NCBI GenBank assembly: GCA_964419515.1
Contig: CAYQPJ010000008.1
Location: forward strand, 33 to 64,032
Source: an uncultured Eubacteriales bacterium
Lineage (GTDB): Bacteria > Bacillota > Clostridia > Oscillospirales > Acutalibacteraceae
Reading direction: 5' to 3'
Length of the DNA: 64,000 nt
Both the position numbers and the translations under genes were made by a program. Under the pieces are notes generated by a model. The model saw nothing but the letters and a program-made list of their open reading frames with translations, did not search any database and was not told the origin of the DNA. Positions 9,132 to 17,589 of this stretch are shown in pieces. Positions within the stretch are counted from its first letter, which is position 1; each line of letters begins with the position of its first letter.

Positions 9132-10871
9132 ATGAAAAATAAAGCTGAGGAAAAGAAGAAGTCTTTTGGCTGGAAAGAGCTTTTCGGCACAATAAAGCGT
9201 CTTAAGCTGCCTTGGGGTTGGATTGTTGTCGGTCTTGCGCTTAACCTTGTTGTTAATGATTTATTGCTTGACCTTCCGGACACCACCGCAAGCCTTGTAA
9301 GCGGAGACCTTTCCGGCGGTGCAATCGCTTCTGCTGTGTGGTATTATGTTTTGTTCGGTGCGTGCTCGGTTATTTCCGTCGCCGGTCAGGCTCAGGCGCA
9401 GTCCTACGGTGTTAAAAAATCGAGGGACAGTATTTGGCGTAAAATGCTCGGAATAAAAATGGAGTATTTTGACATTAATGACCCTTCGGATACTATGAGT
9501 ACCGTTATTAACGATGCAAACTCGGGTGTAATGGGACTTGTAAATATTATAATTTATCTTTTACCTAACATTTATTATGTTGTAATGGCAATGAAGCGCA
9601 TAAGCGAATACCATTGGGTGCTTGCGCTTTCGTGCTTTTTGCTGTTTCCGCTTAAATACTTGTATGCGTTTATAATGGGTAAAAAATATGAAAGAACAAC
9701 CGCTACGCTCTATGAGAGAATAGGCGTGCTTACGGGCTTTTTGGCAGACAGAATCAACCATTTACCGCTTATAAAAAGCTATACAAACGAAAAAGCGGAA
9801 ACGGAAAACGGCAAAAACGCTTCAAATGAGCTTTTAAAGGTGAATATGAAAATAGTCGGTATTGACAATATCGCAACGGGCGTTGTTTCGGCTATAGATG
9901 TTCTTCAAAAATTTGTTGTGGTTGTTGTTGCCGTTGTGCTTCTTCAGCGAAGACTTATTGATATGGCAATGTGGCTTGCGTTTTTCCTTTTTTCTCAAAA
10001 TCTGTTTTCATATATCGACCAGATTTTTGATTCGTGGGTCAGAATTAAAACCGTAAAGGGCAGCTTCAACAGAATAGTTGATGTTATGTACGGCGAGGAC
10101 GAAAAAAGCGGCTGTGATATTCCCGAAAACGGTGATATTCGCTTTGAAAATGTAACCTTCGGTTATCCCGGGTCTAAGGCACCTGCGCTTTGTAACGCTT
10201 CGTTCACTGTAGAGCGCGGCTCGTCGGTTGCTATTGTCGGACTTTGCGGTAGCGGAAAAACAACAGCCGTAAGTCTTATCGAAGGCTTTTATTCTCCCGA
10301 AAGCGGAAGGGTTTTAATAGGCGATACCGATATTAAAGAGGCGTCGCTTAAAGAATTCAGAAAAAAGCTTTCTTTTGTTCAGCAGGGCGGCGGATTTTTC
10401 AGCGGAACACTTAGAGAGGCGCTTACATACGGCGTTGAAAGAGCGGTTTCGGATGATGAAATATTCGAAGCCGCGAAAAAGACCGGTTTTATAGAATATA
10501 TAAAGCTTTGCGAAAACGGTCTTTCCGAAGAAATTTCCTCCGACGGAGGCTCAATGTCCGGTGGTCAGGCGCAGCGTCTGGCACTTACAAGAGAGGTTTT
10601 AAGAGACGGCGATATAATTATTATGGACGAGCCCACCTCTGCGCTTGACGTTACCGTTTCGGAGAAAATAAAGAAATTGACTTCGACTCTTTTTGCCGAC
10701 AAAACAAGAATTCTTATTACCCATGACCTTGATTTTGCAAAAAGCTACGATAAAATCGTTGTGCTTTCCGGTGGCAGTGTTGCGGGTGTGGGAACTCATG
10801 AGGAGCTCAAAAACACGTGCGAGGTTTATAAAAAAATTCTCGAAGGTGCAAAGGAGGTTGAAACGGTATGA
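9132..10871 (+). CDS. ABC transporter permease/ATP-binding protein (heterodimer partner 1)
   Basis: TM domain followed by Walker A GLCGSGKTT, signature MSGGQAQRLAL, Walker B IIIMDEPTSALD. Confidence 0.9.
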   Translation: MKNKAEEKKKSFGWKELFGTIKRLKLPWGWIVVGLALNLVVNDLLLDLPDTTASLVSGDLSGGAIASAVWYYVLFGACSVISVAGQAQAQSYGVKKSRDSIWRKMLGIKMEYFDINDPSDTMSTVINDANSGVMGLVNIIIYLLPNIYYVVMAMKRISEYHWVLALSCFLLFPLKYLYAFIMGKKYERTTATLYERIGVLTGFLADRINHLPLIKSYTNEKAETENGKNASNELLKVNMKIVGIDNIATGVVSAIDVLQKFVVVVVAVVLLQRRLIDMAMWLAFFLFSQNLFSYIDQIFDSWVRIKTVKGSFNRIVDVMYGEDEKSGCDIPENGDIRFENVTFGYPGSKAPALCNASFTVERGSSVAIVGLCGSGKTTAVSLIEGFYSPESGRVLIGDTDIKEASLKEFRKKLSFVQQGGGFFSGTLREALTYGVERAVSDDEIFEAAKKTGFIEYIKLCENGLSEEISSDGGSMSGGQAQRLALTREVLRDGDIIIMDEPTSALDVTVSEKIKKLTSTLFADKTRILITHDLDFAKSYDKIVVLSGGSVAGVGTHEELKNTCEVYKKILEGAKEVETV

Positions 10872-12589
10872 AAAAAGAAAAAAGCTTAAAAAATAAGCTT
10901 TTGAGTTATGCAACGGTTTTTAAAGGCGTAAAGCTTCCGTGGATTACAATTATTTTGGCGCTCGCTTCATCAATTGTTATGATGGATTCCGAAATTACCG
11001 TTGCAACTCTTACAGCCGATATAATCGACTCAAGTCAAAAGGCGATAAACGCCGCTGTGCTCGCAAAATATATTCTTTCTGCGGCTGTTGCGGCGGTGGC
11101 ATTGATTTTGGAATTATATTTTACACGTAAAATGGAGGAAAAAATCAACCTCGGAATAAGAATTAAGCTTTGGAACAAAATAATACGGCTTCCAATTAAA
11201 TATTACGACGAAGACAACGGCGACGAGCTTGTAACGCGTGTTACATCCGATGCCGCCGCGCCGTCATCGCTTTTTACGCTTGCGTTGTCGTGCATTACCT
11301 GCATTGTAACGAGTATAACGGCATTTTCACAGCTTTTTGATTATAATGAAAGGCTCGCCTTATATTCACTTACAATAATTCCGCTAACAATAATAGTAAG
11401 CATTGTTTTCAGTGTGCTTCAGTTTAAGCTCGGAGTTTACTCTACCGTTACCATGGCAGGAAGCCTCGGCTACCTTGCGGAAAGAGCTCGCAATTTTAAG
11501 CTTATTAAAAGTGCCGTTACCGAAAAGGCGGAGCTTTTAAAGGGAAAGAATAATTTTAAAAATATGTACAAGGCAGAATTTTTAAGCTGGCTTGTTGTTG
11601 CGGGCTATCAGCTTGGCTCGGGTTTGTTTTCGGTTATGTTTATTATAATTGTGTTTGTTTTGGGTGCACCGCTTGTAAAATCCGGAGATGTTACAATAGG
11701 TGAGCTTACGGGCTTTTACTCCATAACAGGTGTTGTTTCGCTCCAGCTTATGCAGCTTTTTATGAACATAGGCTCTGTTTGGGGAACCTTCGGTACAATG
11801 AAAAAAATCTCTGCTGTTATGTATACCGACGGCGAAAGCAACGAGGGCACATCCGTTTGCAACGAGAGCCGCGATATTGTATTTGACAATGTGAGCTTTT
11901 CGTATGACGGCGAGCGCGATGCCGTTAAAAATCTTTCGTTTACAATTCCTGCGGGCAAGGTTTGCGCCGTTATAGGCGGCAACGGTGCCGGTAAATCAAC
12001 GCTTTTTAAGCTCATTACACGCCTTTATGAGCCGGACTCCGGTAAAATTCTTTACGGTGATGAGGATATTTCAGCTTATAAGCTTTATGATTGGCGCGAC
12101 AGATTTTCGTATGTATCGCAAAAAAATTCGCTTATAGGCGGCACCGTTCGCGATAATATTACATACGGACTTAAAGAAGACGTAACCGATGAGCAGCTTT
12201 TTGAAGCGGCAAAAAAGGCCAATTGCTATGACTTTATTATGAAAAAGCCGAACGGCTTTTCGGAGGACGTGGGACTTTCCGGTTCAAGCTTTTCGGGCGG
12301 TCAGGGTCAGTGTATTTCAATTGCACGGGCTATGCTGAAAAATTCAAGCTGCCTTCTTCTTGATGAGGCAACAAGTAATCTTGATGTTGTAAGCGAGGCT
12401 TCTGTTACGGATGCCGTAAATACCTTAATGAATGGCAAAACTACCGTGATGATAGCTCACAGCTACGCTGCAGTGCGTAATGCGGATTATGTTGCGGTTA
12501 TGAAGGACGGCACTCTTGAGGCTTTCGGAACTCCGGAGGAGCTTTCACAAAGTAACGATTATTACAAGGCATTTTGCAAAACAATATAA
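10868..12589 (+). CDS. ABC transporter permease/ATP-binding protein (heterodimer partner 2)
   Basis: 4-nt overlap with the upstream ABC gene. Walker A GGNGAGKST, signature FSGGQGQCISIAR, Walker B LLLDEATSNLD. Confidence 0.9.
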   Translation: MKKEKSLKNKLLSYATVFKGVKLPWITIILALASSIVMMDSEITVATLTADIIDSSQKAINAAVLAKYILSAAVAAVALILELYFTRKMEEKINLGIRIKLWNKIIRLPIKYYDEDNGDELVTRVTSDAAAPSSLFTLALSCITCIVTSITAFSQLFDYNERLALYSLTIIPLTIIVSIVFSVLQFKLGVYSTVTMAGSLGYLAERARNFKLIKSAVTEKAELLKGKNNFKNMYKAEFLSWLVVAGYQLGSGLFSVMFIIIVFVLGAPLVKSGDVTIGELTGFYSITGVVSLQLMQLFMNIGSVWGTFGTMKKISAVMYTDGESNEGTSVCNESRDIVFDNVSFSYDGERDAVKNLSFTIPAGKVCAVIGGNGAGKSTLFKLITRLYEPDSGKILYGDEDISAYKLYDWRDRFSYVSQKNSLIGGTVRDNITYGLKEDVTDEQLFEAAKKANCYDFIMKKPNGFSEDVGLSGSSFSGGQGQCISIARAMLKNSSCLLLDEATSNLDVVSEASVTDAVNTLMNGKTTVMIAHSYAAVRNADYVAVMKDGTLEAFGTPEELSQSNDYYKAFCKTI

Positions 12590-12606
12590 TTTTAAAAGAG
12601 GAATTT

Positions 12607-15459
12607 ATGAAAAATCAATTAAAAAATTTAAATACAGGCGAAGTGCTTAACGGCTTTTCGCTTGTAAAAAAAGAGTATTCGCTGTCGCAGTGCGCAGAGC
12701 TTTATACCTTTATGCATGAAAAAACAGGCGCCGAGCTTCTTTACTTTGATCGCGACGAGGAAAATAAAACCTTTTCAATCTGCTTTAAAACGCTTCCCGA
12801 GGACAGCACCGGTGTGTTCCATATTCTTGAGCACAGCGTTTTAAACGGCTCAAAAAAATATCCCGTTAAGGAGCCGTTTGTTTCGATGCTTCAAAGCTCA
12901 ATGCAAACCTTCCTTAATGCAATGACATATCCGGATAAAACGGTTTTTCCCGTTTCAAGCAGAAACGATCAGGACTTTTTCAACCTTATGTCGGTGTATC
13001 TCGACGCTGTTTTTTGCCCGTCTATTTACGAGCGCCCCGAGATTTTTATGCAAGAGGGCTGGCATTACGAATTTGAAGAGGGCGAGTCTGAGCCGTATTA
13101 CAACGGTGTTGTTTTCAGTGAGATGAAGGGTGCGTATTCGAATGTTGAAAGGCTTATTGATTCAAAGACAAACGAGCTTCTTTACAAAACCACCTGCTAC
13201 GGCTACTCAAGCGGCGGTAAGCCCGAAAAAATACCGGACTTAACGTATGAGCAGTTTATAAACACTCACAAAAGGTTTTATCACCCGTCAAATTCCCGTA
13301 TTTTCCTTGACGGTAATCTTGATATTGAGGCGGCTCTTCGCTTTATAAACGACGAATATCTTTCAAAATACGAACGCAGAGAGCCTGATTTTGAAATAGG
13401 CCTTGAGCCGTATGCCGATACGTGTGAGGCTACAATTTATTACGAGGCGCGTGAGGATGAGGCAGAGCTTTCTCATATGAGCGCGACAAAGCTTCTTTGC
13501 ACATATGACGACATTGAAAAGATATATGCCGCGCGAATTCTTTCCGATTATTTAACAGGCTCCAATGAGGCGCCGCTTAAAAGGGCGTTTTTGGAAAAGG
13601 GTCTTTGCAGAGATATTTCGTTTGAAACAAACGACGGCATTTATCGGCCCTCTGTAGTTGTTAGCTTTAGAAATATGGCACAAAAGGATTTTGAAACGGC
13701 AAAGGCGCTGTTGCCGGAGCTTGCCGCGGAATATTTAAAAAGCGGCTTTAATAAGGAGGCGCTTGCGGCTTCGATTGAGCATATGGCGTTTGTCGATAAG
13801 GAAATCAGCGAGCCTTACGGGCTTGAGCTTAATATAAAGGCTCTTGACAGCTGGCTTTACGGCGGCGACCCGCTCTTGCACATTGAAAATGCCTCTGTTT
13901 TTGACTCGTTAAGAGAAAAGGTAAATACCGATTACTTTGAAAAGCTCTTCTTCGAGCTGTTCGGCAATACGGAAAGCCTTGTGTATGTTTACGCTTTGCC
14001 GTCACTTACGAAGGGCGAGGATGATGAAAAAGAGGAGGCGGCACGTCTTCTTGGAATTACCTCACAATGGTCCGAGGAAGAGCGCAAGAATAAGCTTGAG
14101 GCATTTTTGAAAATGCAAGAGTGGCAGCAGACCCCCGATTCCGAGGAGGCGCTTGACACTTTGCCGCATCTTGATTTAAAGGATATTCCGCTTGAGGGCG
14201 TTTTTGCGGAAACAACGGCAACGGAAATTGATTCCGTAAAGGTGCTTAAGGTTCACACAAACACAAACGGAATTGTTTACCTTAATCTTTACTTTGATGT
14301 TTCGGATTTTTCCGAAAACGAGCTTAAAATGCTTAAGGTGCTTTTGAACAGCATCGGTGAGCTTAGAACGAAAAGCTACAGTGCAGAGGAGCTTCAAATA
14401 AAATCAAAAGCTATTTTCGGCAAAAATACAGGCGATTTTGAATTTGTTTCGCCTATCGGCGAGCTTGAAAAAACAAAAACGTATTTAATGCTTTCGCTTT
14501 CAATGCTTGAAAAAAATGCCGATAAGGCGGCAGAGCTTATAAACGAAATCGTTTTAAACACCGTCTATGACGAAACCGATAAAATTTATGAGCTTGCGCT
14601 TCAGCTTGATTATGTATTGAAGCAGTCGCTTGTGTCAAACGGTCATACTATAGCAATGAAAAAGGCGCTTTCGGCATTTTCAAAGGAAAATGCGCTTAAG
14701 GAGCTTTTAAGCGGCGAGAGCTTTATAACGTGGTTTTCAAAATTTACCGCCGAGTTTAAGGAAAATGAGGCTTCAATAAGCAATGAGTTTTCGGAGCTTT
14801 CAAAAAAGGCATTTACGAAGAACCGTCTTATTGTGTCGTATTGCGGCGAGTTGGATGAAGCCGTAATAGAAAAAATAACCTCGGCGCTTCCCGTAAACGA
14901 AGTGGGCTGCGAGAGCGATATAAAAATCCCCGATAAAGACGATTGTACTGTTGAAATTCCCGCAAGCGTAGGCTATTCCGCCATAGGCGGCAACCTTTAT
15001 GCAAACGGCATAAGGGCAGACGGCTCGTGGCTTGTGCTTTCATCTCTTGTAAGCTACGGCTATCTTTGGAACGCCGTAAGAGTTCAAGGCGGCGCTTACG
15101 GTACGGGGATGAGGGTGAATTTGGGCGGAAACGTATTTTGCTATTCTTACCGCGACCCGAGCCCGGAAAACAGCAGGGCGGCATATCTTGCAATACCGGA
15201 GTTTTTAGAGGACTTTTTAAAGCAGGGCGCGCCGCTTGACGATATAATAATAGGAACGGTAAACGGCACGGAGCCGCTTATTGAACCCTCGGCAATTTGC
15301 GAAACGGAGACGCTGAGATATTTAAAGGGTATAACAAAGGACACCTTAAATAATCTCAGAAAAGAGATTTTAACTTCAACTCCCGACGCCTTGGAAAAGC
15401 TTCTACCGGAGCTTAAGAAATGCCTTGAAGGCAGTAAGTTCTGTTCGTTGCATTCATAA
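12607..15459 (+). CDS. M16 (insulinase/pitrilysin) family zinc metallopeptidase, PreP-like (M16C), about 950 aa
   Basis: Inverted zinc motif HILEHSVLNGSKKYP (HxxEH). The length and four-domain size are typical of presequence-protease-like enzymes. ATG 12607 follows the RBS agagg. Confidence 0.85.
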   Translation: MKNQLKNLNTGEVLNGFSLVKKEYSLSQCAELYTFMHEKTGAELLYFDRDEENKTFSICFKTLPEDSTGVFHILEHSVLNGSKKYPVKEPFVSMLQSSMQTFLNAMTYPDKTVFPVSSRNDQDFFNLMSVYLDAVFCPSIYERPEIFMQEGWHYEFEEGESEPYYNGVVFSEMKGAYSNVERLIDSKTNELLYKTTCYGYSSGGKPEKIPDLTYEQFINTHKRFYHPSNSRIFLDGNLDIEAALRFINDEYLSKYERREPDFEIGLEPYADTCEATIYYEAREDEAELSHMSATKLLCTYDDIEKIYAARILSDYLTGSNEAPLKRAFLEKGLCRDISFETNDGIYRPSVVVSFRNMAQKDFETAKALLPELAAEYLKSGFNKEALAASIEHMAFVDKEISEPYGLELNIKALDSWLYGGDPLLHIENASVFDSLREKVNTDYFEKLFFELFGNTESLVYVYALPSLTKGEDDEKEEAARLLGITSQWSEEERKNKLEAFLKMQEWQQTPDSEEALDTLPHLDLKDIPLEGVFAETTATEIDSVKVLKVHTNTNGIVYLNLYFDVSDFSENELKMLKVLLNSIGELRTKSYSAEELQIKSKAIFGKNTGDFEFVSPIGELEKTKTYLMLSLSMLEKNADKAAELINEIVLNTVYDETDKIYELALQLDYVLKQSLVSNGHTIAMKKALSAFSKENALKELLSGESFITWFSKFTAEFKENEASISNEFSELSKKAFTKNRLIVSYCGELDEAVIEKITSALPVNEVGCESDIKIPDKDDCTVEIPASVGYSAIGGNLYANGIRADGSWLVLSSLVSYGYLWNAVRVQGGAYGTGMRVNLGGNVFCYSYRDPSPENSRAAYLAIPEFLEDFLKQGAPLDDIIIGTVNGTEPLIEPSAICETETLRYLKGITKDTLNNLRKEILTSTPDALEKLLPELKKCLEGSKFCSLHS

Positions 15460-15482
15460 TTTAATTAATAATAAAATTAACG

Positions 15483-15520
15483 GGCTGTAAAAAAACATAA
15501 GTTTTTTACAGCCTTGTTTT
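15483..15520 (+). terminator. Intrinsic terminator after the M16 peptidase gene
   Basis: GGCTGTAAAAAA-cataagt-TTTTTTACAGCC followed by ttgtttt. Confidence 0.8.
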
Positions 15521-15624
15521 CTGATTTACGCGTAAATTACATTTTGCCCGTAAATGTGGACACGCTATTGAAATATGCATAATTTGCGGTTTTCAATATC
15601 ATGAAATATTCATATGTGGGTTTT

Positions 15625-15945
15625 TCAGTGATGTGTTACAAAATTATGCAGAAAGAGCTTCGCCGATGGAAGGAAGAGATTTAAGTCATCTTCGGGGGGG
15701 CTTCCGGCAAAGCGGACGCATTGGAAAATTATTGTATTTTCTGCTGTGAACAGCAAGTTGTTTTTAAAAATCTTCAAAAGAACGGAATTTATGAGTAGTA
15801 TAGAAATATTCGTTATCTTTTCTATGTGCTCTTAAAACTTTGCCATTGTGTCCGGGTGTATATGGACGTATAAGTTTATGGACTACGCCATCCTTTTCGA
15901 GGTTAGCCTCAAAAAGAGTGGGCGTCGCTTGCGTTTACCATGTTA
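15625..15945 (-). pseudogene. C-terminal remnant of a DDE/rve-type (IS481/IS3-like) transposase
   Basis: The minus-strand translation reads TPTLFEANLEKDGVVHKLIRPYTPGHNGKV..RKDNEYFY..FRSFEDF*KQLAVHSRKYNNFPMRPL. It has an in-frame TAA (15764-15766) and a probable frameshift in the G7 run at 15694-15700. The N-terminal two thirds of the gene are absent. Confidence 0.7.
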
Positions 15946-16245
15946 TCTGTTTCATGCACTCCACCTTGCTTTTGCTACTCCGTTTTTGTTTGCATACAAA
16001 ATTAAGGCTTGACGATACTTCATTATTTGTGTTACAATTGTCATGACGAATGATTATCCTTTCTGTTTGTTTTGGTTGTAACTTAACTGTAACACAGGAT
16101 TTTCCATTCGTTATTATTTTTTTATTGTTTCGTAACACATCTATTTAATCCTACAAACAGATAAATCGGTGAACTATAATATCACTTGAAAAATGTCATA
16201 TAATATGGTATATTATTTAATCGCAGTAACAGAGGAGATGTTGTA

Positions 16246-16947
16246 ATGATTAATATGACAAACGACGAAAGATTAAAAACCGTTAATTCGCTTATTAGCG
16301 ACGGCGTTGTAATTCCCTGTCCGGACGGTGTGCTTATAGAGAGTGCCGTAAAAATAGGCAAGGGTACGGTAATTATGCCCAACACCGTAATTTTGGGTGA
16401 AACGGTTATAGGTGAAAATTGTGTTATAGGCCCAAACTCTTATATTTGCGACACGGAGGTCGGAAACGATACCTCGCTTAACAACACGCAAAGCTTTTCT
16501 TCAAAAATCGGCTCGGGTGTTACGGCAGGACCGTTTGTTCACATAAGACCTAATTCAAAAATTGCCGACAAAGTTCATATAGGTAATTTTGTTGAGGTTA
16601 AAAATTCGACCGTTGACGAGGGCAGTAAATTACCTCACCTTCTTTACGTAGGCGACAGCGATGTCGGTAAGGATGTTAACTTCGGTTGCGGCTGTGTAAC
16701 GGTTAATTACGACGGCAAAAACAAGTCCCGTACCACGGTTAAGGACGGTGCATTTATCGGCTGTAATACAAACCTTATAGCTCCCGTAACCGTTGGCGAA
16801 AACGCATTTACCGCGGCAGGCTCCACAATTACCGAAGATGTTCCCGATAACGCCTTGGCAGTTGCAAGACAGCGCCAGACCGTTAAAGAGGATTGGGTAA
16901 ATATTAAAAAGCCGTACAAGCGCCAGCAAACATCGGAGAATAAATAA
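16246..16947 (+). CDS. glmU: GlmU C-terminal (left-handed beta-helix, glucosamine-1-phosphate N-acetyltransferase) domain only; the N-terminal uridyltransferase domain is missing
   Basis: Hexapeptide repeats. GPFVHIRPNSKI..VHIGNFVEVKNST...YVGDSDVGKDVNFGCGCVTVNYDGKNKSRTTV..AFIGCNTNLIAPVTVG..AGSTIT matches roughly the last 230 residues of GlmU. Strong RBS agaggag. A stop codon lies in frame just upstream. Confidence 0.75.
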   Translation: MINMTNDERLKTVNSLISDGVVIPCPDGVLIESAVKIGKGTVIMPNTVILGETVIGENCVIGPNSYICDTEVGNDTSLNNTQSFSSKIGSGVTAGPFVHIRPNSKIADKVHIGNFVEVKNSTVDEGSKLPHLLYVGDSDVGKDVNFGCGCVTVNYDGKNKSRTTVKDGAFIGCNTNLIAPVTVGENAFTAAGSTITEDVPDNALAVARQRQTVKEDWVNIKKPYKRQQTSENK

Positions 16948-17549
16948 TGTTCAATAAATTTAAAAGCACCTCAGCCTCGCAGTATGAATACCTCGTTGCG
17001 GGGCTTGGAAATCCCGGCGCAAAATATGAAACAACGCGCCATAACGCAGGCTTTCTTTTTGTGGAGCGCCTTTCCGATAAATATGATTTTTCCGTTAAAA
17101 AGCTTAAGTTCCACGCACTTGTGGGCGAGGCAAAAATCGGCACGCACCGCTGTATTGTTATGAAGCCGCAAACCATGATGAATAACTCGGGAGAGGCTTT
17201 AAAGGAATGCGCTTCGTTTTATAAAATTCCGCCGGAAAATATTATAGTTGTGTTTGATGATATTTCGCTACCGCCGGGAAAGCTTCGAATAAGAAGAAAA
17301 GGCTCGGCAGGCGGTCACAACGGAATTAAAAGTATTATAGCGCACCTCGGCAGTGAAGACTTTCCGAGGATAAAGCTCGGTGTGGGCGCAAAGCCCAACC
17401 CCGAATACGACCTTGCCGATTGGGTTCTCGGAAAGTTTCCGAAGGAGGATATTCCGAAAATGCGCGAGGCTATAGACTGCGCCTGCGATGCGCTGCCGCT
17501 TATTTTAGACGGCGACCTTGAGAGCGCTATGTCAAAATTTAATTCATAA
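16947..17549 (+). CDS. pth: Peptidyl-tRNA hydrolase
   Basis: LVAGLGNPGAKYETTRHNAGF, MNNSG and GSAGGHNGIKSI motifs. 1-nt TAATG overlap with the upstream gene. Confidence 0.95.
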   Translation: MFNKFKSTSASQYEYLVAGLGNPGAKYETTRHNAGFLFVERLSDKYDFSVKKLKFHALVGEAKIGTHRCIVMKPQTMMNNSGEALKECASFYKIPPENIIVVFDDISLPPGKLRIRRKGSAGGHNGIKSIIAHLGSEDFPRIKLGVGAKPNPEYDLADWVLGKFPKEDIPKMREAIDCACDALPLILDGDLESAMSKFNS

Positions 17550-17589
17550 ATTAATTATTCAATGCACAAATTGTGCGAAAGAAAAAAAT

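Noticed and set aside
15935-16138. 67-aa minus-strand ORF upstream of the transposase remnant
   Set aside because: It shows no similarity to the missing N-terminal or catalytic part of rve transposases, its sequence is low in complexity, and it has no RBS. It is probably non-coding scar sequence.
17518-17589. Upstream extension of mfd overlapping the end of pth
   Set aside because: The extension reads MRALCQNLIHKLIIQCTNCAKEKN, has no similarity to Mfd N-termini, and overlaps pth. The internal ATG at 17590 gives a typical Mfd start.
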